Assembly (NCBI GenBank): GCA_024226315.1
Contig: JAAELT010000305.1
Coordinates: 18,304-82,303, forward strand
DNA: 64,000 bases
DNA from: a bacterium
Lineage (GTDB): Bacteria; Acidobacteriota; Thermoanaerobaculia; Multivoradales; J023
Reading direction: 5' to 3'
Positions 1 to 8,610 of this stretch are shown in pieces. Each line of letters starts with the position of its first letter. The first letter of the stretch is position 1. The translations under genes and the position numbers were made by a program. A model generated the notes under the pieces. It made no database searches, was not told the origin of the DNA, and saw only the letters and a program-made list of their open reading frames with translations.

Positions 1-2984
1 GGGTCGTAGCCCGTCAGGTCGGCGGCCGGATCCACCGGGCCGGTGCGGGAGGTCGACTCCGCCCGCTCCCACATCCGGACGAAGTTCTCCGCCGAGCTCC
101 ACAGGTTGTTGGTGTCGACTCCGAGGTTTTCCAGGTCCTCCACCAGGTCGGGCAGCTGCCCGACGTCGCCGGCACCATGGATGTCGAAGGTGGAGCCCAC
201 CGGGTCGGTCTGGGCGGCGGCATCGCAGTCCTGCTCCGCTCGCAGGACGGCCCCGCTGCAGGCGCCGTTCTGGAGCACCCCGGCCGAGGTCTGATCCTGG
301 TGGTAGAAGCGCGGCCGCGTCTGCTTGATGAAGCCGTTGTGATCGGCACCGAAGGCGATGTCCACCCCCAGCTCGTTGGCGCCGTAGGTGAACGCCTGGG
401 CGAACGACTTGCTCGACCCTTCACAGTCGTCAGCGACCCCGGAGAAGAGATAGGTTCGGGCCGACGCCGGGTCGGGCCGCATGCCGAACATGCCGCCGGT
501 CTTGCGGATCATCTGAATCTCCCACACCGGGGAGGTCTTCTCGTGCGCGCTCGTGGCCGGCGGCATGATGTCGCGGAAGTGGCCGTGCGAGGTGTAGAGC
601 GGGAAGAAGTCGTTGGCCTCGGACAGCGCGAAGGTCTCCTCCCGCGCCAGCTCCGACATGTGGGAGAGGTCAATCGGCATTCCGAGGTTCATCATCTCCT
701 GGAGGAAGTCGTGGCCCTCCTGGGTGAGGCCGCGCACGTTGCGGCAGGTGCCGTCCGGCCCCAGCTCGACGTCGAAGCCGAACACCGGGTCACCGCAGTC
801 GATGTCCTCGTGGCAGGTGTTCTGGAGCTGGAAGAACTGGAAGATCTCGTTGTGCAGAGCGGCACCGCCGAAGCGGTTGTCCTCCTCGTGGATCGGGATG
901 ATCGTCCGCACACCGCGGTCGTGGAAATCGTGCAGGCGGGCGATCGGATCGGAGATGCCCTCGAAAACGTGCGAGGACTCCACCCCCAGCACCATCGCCA
1001 TCTTGCCGTCGCGGATGATCTGGCGGGCGTGCAACGGCGACAGCGCGATCTCCACCCACGAGCGCGAGGCGGCGAAGGCGGTGGCGTCGTCGAGCTGGGT
1101 GACGATGTCCGCGTACGGGTCGCAGCTCGGACGGTCCAGGTTGCCGGGCGGCATCAGCTGGCAGAGGATGTCGTAGGTCTGCGCCAGCATCACCGTGAGC
1201 TTCATGCCCTCGTCGTGGGCGTCCTCGAGCCAGTCCTCCCAGGCCGCCTGGTGGGCGATGGCGTCCCAGCGCGGCCAGCCGACGCCGGGGTCGGTGCGCT
1301 TGGGATGCAGGCCGGTGTCGCCGGCGGTGCCGTCGGTGGGGTCGACGCCCGTGAGACCGATGAGCTCGCTGAGGATCGGGCCGCTCAGGTCGAGGAAGAC
1401 CTGCACCTCGGGACCGTGCAGGAACGGGCCGCAGTCGCGGATGCCGTCCCAGAAGCTCGAGACGTTGTCGCGCAAACGGCCGTGATCGCTGCCGATGCCG
1501 CCGCCGTCGCAAACCGTCTGCGGCGAGGTCGTGGAGCCGTGGTACCAGCCGCCGCCCCAGGCGTGCTCGGCGAAGATGTGGGAGTGGATGTCGGCCAGGC
1601 CGGTGATCGGCCCGTAGGGATCGTAGGGCCTGAGATCGCCCCGGCAAATGCCGCCGGGGGTCCCGAACAGGCGCCGGATCTGGTCCGGGGTCAGCGGCAC
1701 GGCGTGGATGGTGAATTCGTCGAGCGACCCCTGGTAGGGGTTCGACACCACCGCCCCCGGGTCTTCCAGGGGCCGGGCACCCGCCAGCCACAGCTGCGCC
1801 GTGTTGCCGTAGGCGCCGCCGGGGAACGCGCTGTGCGCCTCCACCTCACCGTCGACCACCAGGGTCACCGCCTCCTGCTCGACGACCGCCGCCACGTGGT
1901 GCCAGGTGTCGTCGGCCACGTAGCTGCTCGCGGCGAATTCGTACTCCTTGGCGCCGTCCTCCAGGCGGAAGACCGCGCGGCCCTCGTCGAGCACCATCGA
2001 CCAGCCGCGGTTGCCGGTCTCGGACACCTTCTCGCGCTTGTCGGCCAGGGTGCCGTACTTCTCCGCGGTGCGGATCCACAGCTCCACGGTGAGCCCGCAG
2101 GCGCCCTCGCCGGATTCGTCGCAGCCGCCCAGGTCGAAAGCGTCGTCGTGGGCCACGAGCGCGTGCGCCTTCTGGCCGTCGAACCTCAGGCCGCTCTCGA
2201 TCCTGCCCGCGACCTCCTCCGGATGGTTGATCAACTCGGCGTCGCCGGTGCCGGCCAGGTTCGTGCCGCGGCCCTCGTCGAAGGGGAAGAACGCCGCCAG
2301 CCCGGTGTCCGGAGCGTAGCGGTCGGTGCAGGTCTGGGGTGCCGCCGCCCCGGTCCGGATGTCGTGCACGTACTCCACCACCAGGCCGCCGAAGGCACCG
2401 TTCTCCGGGTCCTTGGCGGTCACCTTGGCGGGGCCCTCGCTCTCCCAGGTGGGGGCGTGGAAGGTGAGGGTCGTGGGCGTCACGTGCAGGATCTCCTCCG
2501 GGCTGATCTGCACGATGCCGCTGGGCATCTCCACGATCACGAAACTCTTGCCGGTGAAGCCCTGGCCCGAGAGCACGATCACCTCACGGTCGCGCCCTTC
2601 CTGGCCGGTGGTCACGAACGCCGGCGAGACCTTCTTCACCACCAGCTCCACCCCGCTGGGGCATTCGCCGTCCGCGCAGGATCTCTCATCGGGCGTACAG
2701 CCCTGGATGGGAAAGTGCGAACAGCTGTTGTTGTCGGCGTCGCACAGATCCTTGGTGCACGGGTCACGGTCGTCACAGTGCTGGTTCTCCTCGCAGCACC
2801 GGCCGAAGTCCCCGTAGTCGGGCCCTTCGAGCCAGCTGTAGGTACACTCCCCGCCCGCCAGCACGTCCTTGGTACAGACACGGCCGTCGTCGCACTCCTG
2901 GGCCAGAGCCGGGAGCGCGAGGGACATGAGCAGGAAACAGAGGGCGAGAATTGAGTGGTGGGGTCGTCGGGTCGATCGGGTCAT
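1..2984 (-). CDS. Large secreted multidomain protein: signal peptide, Cys-rich CDDxxxCTxD repeats, IPT-like region, LamG/concanavalin-A-like domain, membrane dipeptidase (M19 amidohydrolase) domain; 3' end runs off the window
   Basis: Absent from the ORF track because there is no stop in the window. Hand translation from ATG 2984 (RBS GGAGGAG 2991-2997) gives MTRSTRRPHHSILALCFLLMSLALPALAQECDDGRVCTKD..., then LTVELWIRT/WHHVAAV/YQGSLDEF (LamG) and ADIHSH, LGVE, IDLSHMS, YTSHG, FGADHNG (M19-like motifs). Confidence 0.8.
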   Translation of the reverse strand, partial: MTRSTRRPHHSILALCFLLMSLALPALAQECDDGRVCTKDVLAGGECTYSWLEGPDYGDFGRCCEENQHCDDRDPCTKDLCDADNNSCSHFPIQGCTPDERSCADGECPSGVELVVKKVSPAFVTTGQEGRDREVIVLSGQGFTGKSFVIVEMPSGIVQISPEEILHVTPTTLTFHAPTWESEGPAKVTAKDPENGAFGGLVVEYVHDIRTGAAAPQTCTDRYAPDTGLAAFFPFDEGRGTNLAGTGDAELINHPEEVAGRIESGLRFDGQKAHALVAHDDAFDLGGCDESGEGACGLTVELWIRTAEKYGTLADKREKVSETGNRGWSMVLDEGRAVFRLEDGAKEYEFAASSYVADDTWHHVAAVVEQEAVTLVVDGEVEAHSAFPGGAYGNTAQLWLAGARPLEDPGAVVSNPYQGSLDEFTIHAVPLTPDQIRRLFGTPGGICRGDLRPYDPYGPITGLADIHSHIFAEHAWGGGWYHGSTTSPQTVCDGGGIGSDHGRLRDNVSSFWDGIRDCGPFLHGPEVQVFLDLSGPILSELIGLTGVDPTDGTAGDTGLHPKRTDPGVGWPRWDAIAHQAAWEDWLEDAHDEGMKLTVMLAQTYDILCQLMPPGNLDRPSCDPYADIVTQLDDATAFAASRSWVEIALSPLHARQIIRDGKMAMVLGVESSHVFEGISDPIARLHDFHDRGVRTIIPIHEEDNRFGGAALHNEIFQFFQLQNTCHEDIDCGDPVFGFDVELGPDGTCRNVRGLTQEGHDFLQEMMNLGMPIDLSHMSELAREETFALSEANDFFPLYTSHGHFRDIMPPATSAHEKTSPVWEIQMIRKTGGMFGMRPDPASARTYLFSGVADDCEGSSKSFAQAFTYGANELGVDIAFGADHNGFIKQTRPRFYHQDQTSAGVLQNGACSGAVLRAEQDCDAAAQTDPVGSTFDIHGAGDVGQLPDLVEDLENLGVDTNNLWSSAENFVRMWERAESTSRTGPVDPAADLTGYD

Positions 2985-3245
2985 GGTGGCCTCCTCCAGT
3001 TGAAAGTTCGAGCAGCGCGGGCCAATACGGGTAGCCATCGCAACGCTCCTGTCTGGAGTAGCGCACCGGGGAGGGAGACCTTGTCAGGCGGCATCGAGCT
3101 CGCCTGCCCCGCACCAACGGACGCTTCGCCTGTGGCCCTTATTCAGCTGGGGTCAGGAGGCATGCTGATCGTGCTCTATCATGGGCTCCACCACGACTGC
3201 CCCCAACGCGCCATCGTGCCCACCCGTCAATAGAGGACTAGAAAC

Positions 3246-3332
3246 ATGATCACAGGCGCCCACTCCGTTATCTACAGCACCGATCCCGAGGCCGACCGCA
3301 CCTTCCTGCGCGACGTGCTCGAGCTGACCCAC
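3246..3332 (+). pseudogene. 5' stub of a VOC/glyoxalase (extradiol dioxygenase-like) gene
   Basis: MITGAHSVIYSTDPEADRTFLRDVLEL is a typical N-terminus of this family, with an RBS (GAGGA). Similarity stops after ~29 codons and the frame runs into the yaaA antisense strand. Confidence 0.6.
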
Positions 3333-3354
3333 GACCTGGCCCGTCAAGCCTTGC

Positions 3355-4143
3355 TCAACGGGAAACGGGCGGCGGCTGGGGACGGTGGAACTCCCAGCGC
3401 GTCTCGGTGGAGAGGGCGTCTTGCAGCACGTAGCCGCCACCGTCGAAGGCACGCAGCTGGTCCGCGGAGGTCGCCCGGTTCTGAGTCGCCCACCGTACCA
3501 TCTGGCCACGGGCTGCTTTGGCGAAGAAGGAGAGCACTCGCGCCTTTCCTTCTTTGACGTCCTTGAAGACCGGGGTGATGAGCGGGCCCGCGAGCTTCTC
3601 GGGTTGGACCGAGCTGAAGTACTCCCCGGAGGCGAGGTTCACGACTGTGCGGTCGTCGCGCCCCTCGGTGAGCTGATTCAGCTGCTCCGTGATGCGCTGA
3701 CCCCAGAAGGTGTAGAGATCCTTGCCGCGCCGCGTCCTGAGCTTGGTGCCCATCTCGAGCCGATAGGGCTGGATCAGGTCCAGGGGCCGCAGGGCGCCGT
3801 AGAGCCCGGACAGGATCGCCACGTGTTCCTGGGCGAAGGCGAGGTCCTCACCGCTCAGGGTGCTGGCGTCGAGACCGCGGTAGACATCGCCGTTGAAGGT
3901 CAACACGGCTTGTCGGGCGTTCTCCGTCGTGAACGGCGTCACCCAGTCCCGGAAGCGTTGGCGGTTGAGCACGGCGAGCTTGTCGCTGATGCCCATGAGT
4001 GCCTGGAGCTTGGGCGCGCTCAGACGCCGAGTCGTCTTCATCAGCGTCTCGGTCTGATCGAGCATCGCCGGCTGAGTCGCCGGCAGACCGGGTACGGCGG
4101 ATCCTTCGACGAGGCTCTTGGCTGGGGACAGCAACATCAGCAT
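3355..4143 (-). CDS. yaaA: Peroxide stress resistance protein YaaA (UPF0246)
   Basis: MLMLLSPAK, FNGDVY, LSGLYGALRPLDLIQPYRLEMGT, NLASGEY, SFFAKAARG; RBS GGAGGT upstream of ATG 4143. Confidence 0.95.
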   Translation of the reverse strand: MLMLLSPAKSLVEGSAVPGLPATQPAMLDQTETLMKTTRRLSAPKLQALMGISDKLAVLNRQRFRDWVTPFTTENARQAVLTFNGDVYRGLDASTLSGEDLAFAQEHVAILSGLYGALRPLDLIQPYRLEMGTKLRTRRGKDLYTFWGQRITEQLNQLTEGRDDRTVVNLASGEYFSSVQPEKLAGPLITPVFKDVKEGKARVLSFFAKAARGQMVRWATQNRATSADQLRAFDGGGYVLQDALSTETRWEFHRPQPPPVSR

Positions 4144-4195
4144 GGGGTGGACCTCCAAATCAGGGAGCGCAGCTTAGCCGCCGTCGGCGCACCCG

Positions 4196-5386
4196 TCAAC
4201 GCCCGGCGCTGAAGCGGGAGTGCTTTGAGAAGAAGTCCCAGATGATGTCGTTGCCAAAGTTGTCGGCATCATCCCGCGGCCAATCGTGCGCGCCGTCCCA
4301 GGCGCAGTGAACGACTTCGGCGCCGGTCGTGCAGCCGTCGTGCTGGATGCACGCGAGGCCGAAGGCGCCGGTCCGCGAGGTCTGGTAGGGGGTGCTCGCC
4401 GGGTCGCAGCCCTGCGACTTCGCGCTCGCCCACTTCTTCATCACATCCTCGGCCGAGGTGTAGTAGTAGCCGTCGGAGCTCTCGACGCCCTTCTGCGACA
4501 CGTAGTCGTCGCGCGTGCCGTAGACGTTCATCATCGACAGCGGCGTCGAGGCGCCGGGGGCGCAGTTGAACCCGCGAGCCAGCGTGCCGCCGACGGGAGC
4601 GATGGCGGCGAGGCGCTCCGGCATTGCGCAGCCGAGGCGGTGAACGAGCATGCCGCCGTTGCTCATGCCGGTGGCGTAGATCCGATCGAGGTCGATGCAC
4701 AGGGTCTCCTCGAGCCGGTCGAGCATGAGCTCGATGAAGCCGAGGTCGTCGTGACAGCTGGCCCAGTTGCAGGGGCGGGCCTCGCCGCACTCCGGGGGGT
4801 GCGGGTACTTGTCGGCGGTCTCCGCGCAGATCGGTCCCGCCGGGCCGGGCGAGGCGCTGCCGGCGAGGTCGTTCCACGAGGTGATGCTGTGGCCCTCGTC
4901 GGTCACGAACGCGGTGCTCTGGGGGTAGACCACCGCGTAACCGTACTCGTCCGCGTGCCGGCTCAGCCCGGTGTAGCTCTCCGTGGACTCAGCCGTGCCG
5001 GTGTAGCCATGAAAGTGCAGGACCAGGCTCACCGCGCGGCCCGGATCGTAATCAGGCGGCAGGTGCACCCGGTACTCCCGCTCGAGACCGCCGGCGCGCA
5101 TGGCGACGGTTCCGGACTTCCCCGGCACCACGGGTGGCGGCGTGCCGCAGCCGGCGCTGGCGCGCACGGCCGCGCGAACCGCTACCGGAGCTGAGGACGC
5201 GCCGGAGGCACACGCTCCGGTCAGGGAAGTTGCCAGCAAGACCGCGGCGATGGTCGTTCTCCAGGCGGCGGCGTCCATCGGCACCCCTCGTCGCTCGAGC
5301 TCGGTGCCGGTGGCGCCGTCGAGCAGAATCAGCTCGCCCATCGCGATGCGAGCCGACAGGTCGTCCATAGGAGACGGATTCGACAT
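4196..5386 (-). CDS. PHB-depolymerase/LpqC-type esterase carrying an N-terminal homocysteine S-methyltransferase fragment (chimeric ORF)
   Basis: Esterase motifs LHFHG, VVYPQ, DDLGFI, GMSNGG, GAHDW. The first ~42 aa (ILLDGATGTELERRGVPM...AW) match the HMT N-terminus. Confidence 0.8.
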   Translation of the reverse strand: MSNPSPMDDLSARIAMGELILLDGATGTELERRGVPMDAAAWRTTIAAVLLATSLTGACASGASSAPVAVRAAVRASAGCGTPPPVVPGKSGTVAMRAGGLEREYRVHLPPDYDPGRAVSLVLHFHGYTGTAESTESYTGLSRHADEYGYAVVYPQSTAFVTDEGHSITSWNDLAGSASPGPAGPICAETADKYPHPPECGEARPCNWASCHDDLGFIELMLDRLEETLCIDLDRIYATGMSNGGMLVHRLGCAMPERLAAIAPVGGTLARGFNCAPGASTPLSMMNVYGTRDDYVSQKGVESSDGYYYTSAEDVMKKWASAKSQGCDPASTPYQTSRTGAFGLACIQHDGCTTGAEVVHCAWDGAHDWPRDDADNFGNDIIWDFFSKHSRFSAGR

Positions 5387-5399
5387 GGGTGAGAACGGC

Positions 5400-6926
5400 T
5401 CAGCGCGACTCGTCTGCCGCTCGGTCCTCCTCGAGCCATTTGAGCAACGACGCCACGCTGATCGCGATGACGAACATCAGCGGGAAGGCGACGACGATCG
5501 AGACCGTCTTGAGCGGCTCCAGCCCACCCAGGTACATCAGCGAGATCGCCATGGAACCGAGGGCCAGGGCCCAGAACAGCCGGTTCCAGCGCCGCGGCTC
5601 GCGCTTGCCGGCTTCGAGGTTTTTCGAAGCCACCGAGGCGATGGTGTAAGCGGAAGAGTCGACCGTGGTGGCGGAGTAGATGAAGCTCATCAGCAGGAAG
5701 ATCACCAGCATGAAGGTGCCGGCCGGCAGGTTCTCGACCACCGCCACGATCGCCGCCTGCCCGGAGACCTCACTCATGATCTTCGTCACCGGCACCTGGC
5801 CGGTGAGCTCGTCGTGGAGCGCCGTGTTGCCTAACAGGGCGAAGAACAGCCAGCACCCCAGGCTGCCCCAGACGACGTTGGCGACCACCACCTCGCGAAA
5901 GGTCCGCCCCTTGGAGATCCTGGCCACGAACAGACCCATGTAGGGAGCGTAGGCGATCCACCAGGCCCAGTAGAAGATCGTCCAGCTCTGGGGAAACGAC
6001 GACTCGCCCACCGGGTCGGTGTAGAAGCTCATCTGGAGGAAATTGCCGGCCATGAGCCCGAGGCTGTTGGTGAAGGTCTCGACGATGAAAACGGTCGGGC
6101 CGAGCAGGAGGATGAGAGCGCAAAGGCCGAGGCCGAGGAAGACGTTGACGTCCGAGAGCCACTTGATCCCCCGGTCGAGCCCCAGGTAGACGCTGGTACC
6201 GAAGATCGCCGTCCAGATGACAACGACGACAGCGTCTAGGCCGAAGCTGCGCTCGATGCCGAAGAGAGAGCTGATCGACTCCGACAGAATCGGCGTCCCC
6301 AACCCCAGGGACGTACCGGTGCCGCCGACCAGACCGAGGATGAAGAGGACGTCGATGATCTTGCCGACCAGGCCGTCGGCGCGATCACCGATGACGCCCC
6401 GGCAGGCCTGGCTGATCCTCAGGAAGGGAATCTTCTTGACGTGAAAGGCATAACCGATGGGCAGGGCGGGCAGGCAATAGATGGCCCAGGCGATAGGTCC
6501 CCAGTGGTACATGCCGTACATGGCCGCCCAGTGCGCCGCGTCCGTGGATCCAGGCTCGATGCCGAAGGGCGGCGCCTGGTAGTAGTAGACCCACTCGATC
6601 GTGGCCCAGTAGAGCAACGAGGTGCCGATACCGGCGCAGAAGAGCATGGCGATCCAGCTCACGGTGGAGAACTCGGGCCGGTCGTCGGCGTCGCCCAGCT
6701 TCACCCGGCCGTAACGGCCGAAGGCGAACCACAGCAGGAGGGCGAAGTTGGCCGCGGCGAACCACAGATAGAGCGAGCCGAACTGGTGGGTGGTGAAGCT
6801 CAGGACCCGCTTCAGCGCCACGTCGCTCTCCGCCGGCCACGCGACGAGCGGCAGGATCACCGCGATCACGCAGATCAGTGCGGGCCAGAAGACCTGGCGG
6901 TCGATGGGGGCGGATCGGTCACTCAT
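5400..6926 (-). CDS. BCCT family (betaine/carnitine/choline) transporter
   Basis: PEFSTVSWIAMLFCAGIG, HWGPIAWAIY, SWTIFYWAWWIAYAPYMGLFVARISKGRT signature; start at MSDRS. Confidence 0.95.
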   Translation of the reverse strand: MSDRSAPIDRQVFWPALICVIAVILPLVAWPAESDVALKRVLSFTTHQFGSLYLWFAAANFALLLWFAFGRYGRVKLGDADDRPEFSTVSWIAMLFCAGIGTSLLYWATIEWVYYYQAPPFGIEPGSTDAAHWAAMYGMYHWGPIAWAIYCLPALPIGYAFHVKKIPFLRISQACRGVIGDRADGLVGKIIDVLFILGLVGGTGTSLGLGTPILSESISSLFGIERSFGLDAVVVVIWTAIFGTSVYLGLDRGIKWLSDVNVFLGLGLCALILLLGPTVFIVETFTNSLGLMAGNFLQMSFYTDPVGESSFPQSWTIFYWAWWIAYAPYMGLFVARISKGRTFREVVVANVVWGSLGCWLFFALLGNTALHDELTGQVPVTKIMSEVSGQAAIVAVVENLPAGTFMLVIFLLMSFIYSATTVDSSAYTIASVASKNLEAGKREPRRWNRLFWALALGSMAISLMYLGGLEPLKTVSIVVAFPLMFVIAISVASLLKWLEEDRAADESR

Positions 6927-6951
6927 AGATGGAATCCGGCGTTCTTTCAGA

Positions 6952-8223
6952 CTACGAGACCCCCGGAACGGTCCGGAACGCTCGTCGTGTGGCTTCGGCA
7001 CGCTCGCTGATGTCGTGGGTGATCTGCTCGAACATCGAACGCGCGGGATCTGGGGGCGACGGGGCGATTTCTTCGGCGAGCCGGCGGGCCTCGGCGGGGA
7101 GCCGTTCGGCCATCGCCAGCAGATCTCGGCGAACGCGTGGAGGGGCGAGGCCCACATCACGGGCAAAGCGCTCCCAGTGGCGCGGCAGGATCTGACCGAA
7201 GCGGTTTCTGCCGCCGACTTTCATCGCCATGCGACCCGTGTGATCGCGGTATACCGTCGTGCACAGGAGATCGTAGGCGGGCGCCAACCGCGTGCCTTCG
7301 GCCTCGTGGAGAAGCGCGAAGTTCTTGCCGTGGGCATCGGCATTGCCGATCAGATAGTTGAAGAGTACCCGTCGCAGCATCTCGAGGCGATCCAGCGCCG
7401 GTCGTGAGCAGGCTTCGAGCAGAGCGAACGACCGTGCGAGCGACGGACCGCCCTCGCCCTGATACTTGCGCTCGGGTGGGATGGCGAGCGCCTGGCAGAA
7501 GTCCTCCTGGTGCACACGCTGGATGAGGCCGTCCTCGGCGGGCGCACGATCGTAGCGCTCGATGAGGAGGAACTGAACGTCCTCGGCAGACGCCATCTCC
7601 ACCGCCGGCACCCGGATCCCCACGCGAGCCGCCAGCTTCATGCAGAAGCATTCGTTGGGCACGGTGTCGACGAACTGGGTGATCGCGGGCTTCAGGATGT
7701 GGGTCGTGGGGAAATCTCCCCGCGGCAGGAAGAAGGTCTCGTCGCTATGGACGAGAGCCATCTTGTCCTGGGCGCCGGCGAGCGACAGGCGCAGCTCGCC
7801 GCCGGCGTGAAGCGGGCGCCGGGGGAGATCACGCAGGAGCGCCGCCAACGCGGCCTCGTCCAGGGGCGCGAGGTCGCCGGCGCCCGCGGCCGGCGGCGGG
7901 ACGTCCGGTGGGTAGAACGCGATCGCGCCCGCGCATTCGCCGCCGACCTCGGCGAGGAGCGCAAAGTCGTTGTGTCGGGAGACGCCCAGGTGGCGAGCGA
8001 GGCGCTCGCGGGACAAATCGTCGGGCAGCAACCCGGCGAAGAACGGCCGCGCCACGCGGTCCTCGAATGCCGCTCCCTGCAGAGGCAGGGACAGAGAGAG
8101 CGGTCGGCGACCGGCTTGCCGGAGCCACTCCCCCCGGTAACTGAAGGTGAGGCGCCCCGAGTCCTCCTGCCGCAGCGTGCCAACCACCTCTCCCTGGAGA
8201 TAGACGGTGAGATCCCTAGCCAA
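6952..8223 (-). CDS. hipA: HipA family Ser/Thr kinase toxin with HipA N-terminal domain
   Basis: LSLSLP, FFAGLLP, SLAGAQDK, HILKP, HQEDFCQAL, GNADAHGKNF, LAPAYD. Probable TTG start at 8223 after GGAGGA, overlapping the antitoxin stop. Confidence 0.93.
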   Translation of the reverse strand: MARDLTVYLQGEVVGTLRQEDSGRLTFSYRGEWLRQAGRRPLSLSLPLQGAAFEDRVARPFFAGLLPDDLSRERLARHLGVSRHNDFALLAEVGGECAGAIAFYPPDVPPPAAGAGDLAPLDEAALAALLRDLPRRPLHAGGELRLSLAGAQDKMALVHSDETFFLPRGDFPTTHILKPAITQFVDTVPNECFCMKLAARVGIRVPAVEMASAEDVQFLLIERYDRAPAEDGLIQRVHQEDFCQALAIPPERKYQGEGGPSLARSFALLEACSRPALDRLEMLRRVLFNYLIGNADAHGKNFALLHEAEGTRLAPAYDLLCTTVYRDHTGRMAMKVGGRNRFGQILPRHWERFARDVGLAPPRVRRDLLAMAERLPAEARRLAEEIAPSPPDPARSMFEQITHDISERAEATRRAFRTVPGVS

Positions 8224-8446
8224 TGCGATCCTCCGGGAGCTCGAGCACGACCCGCAGCCCGAGCATGTTGAGCACACGGAGCACGTGACCGATCCCGGCG
8301 GTCTCCCGGCCGCGCTCCAACTCGCTCAAGAAACGCCGACTGACGCCGCAGGCGGCGGCGAGGTCTTCCTGGGTCATGCCTTGAGCCCTGCGCTCGATCC
8401 GGACGGCGCGGCCGAGCTCGTCGATCGACTGGATAATTCGTTTCAT
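8216..8446 (-). CDS. hipB: HipB-like XRE/HTH antitoxin
   Basis: RRAQGMTQEDLAAACGVSRRFLSELERG HTH, immediately upstream of hipA. Confidence 0.9.
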   Translation of the reverse strand: MKRIIQSIDELGRAVRIERRAQGMTQEDLAAACGVSRRFLSELERGRETAGIGHVLRVLNMLGLRVVLELPEDRIG

Positions 8447-8566
8447 GATCCCGATCGGGAACTTCTCTCCGATCAAACCGTTTGATGGCGAAGATGTTCC
8501 CGAACGGGATCATATCGCGATTCCTAGCCAGAGGACCGGACAATGATCCCGCTCGGGATCATTGTC
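8445..8566. promoter_or_regulatory. Three palindromic putative HipB operators (ATGWTCCCG-NN-CGGGAWCWT)
   Basis: Copies at 8445-8464, 8494-8513 and 8543-8562; the last extends to a 28-bp palindrome at 8539-8566. Confidence 0.75.
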
Positions 8567-8610
8567 TTCGATTCTCGCGGGCGTGCGTTCAGACGAGAGA
8601 TACTGAGCCG

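Noticed and set aside
177..2954. 925-aa plus-strand ORF, and similar long ORFs at 17000-19330, 42082-44880, 50840-52597 and 62376-63794
   Set aside because: Antisense shadows of real genes in high-GC DNA; no recognisable motifs.
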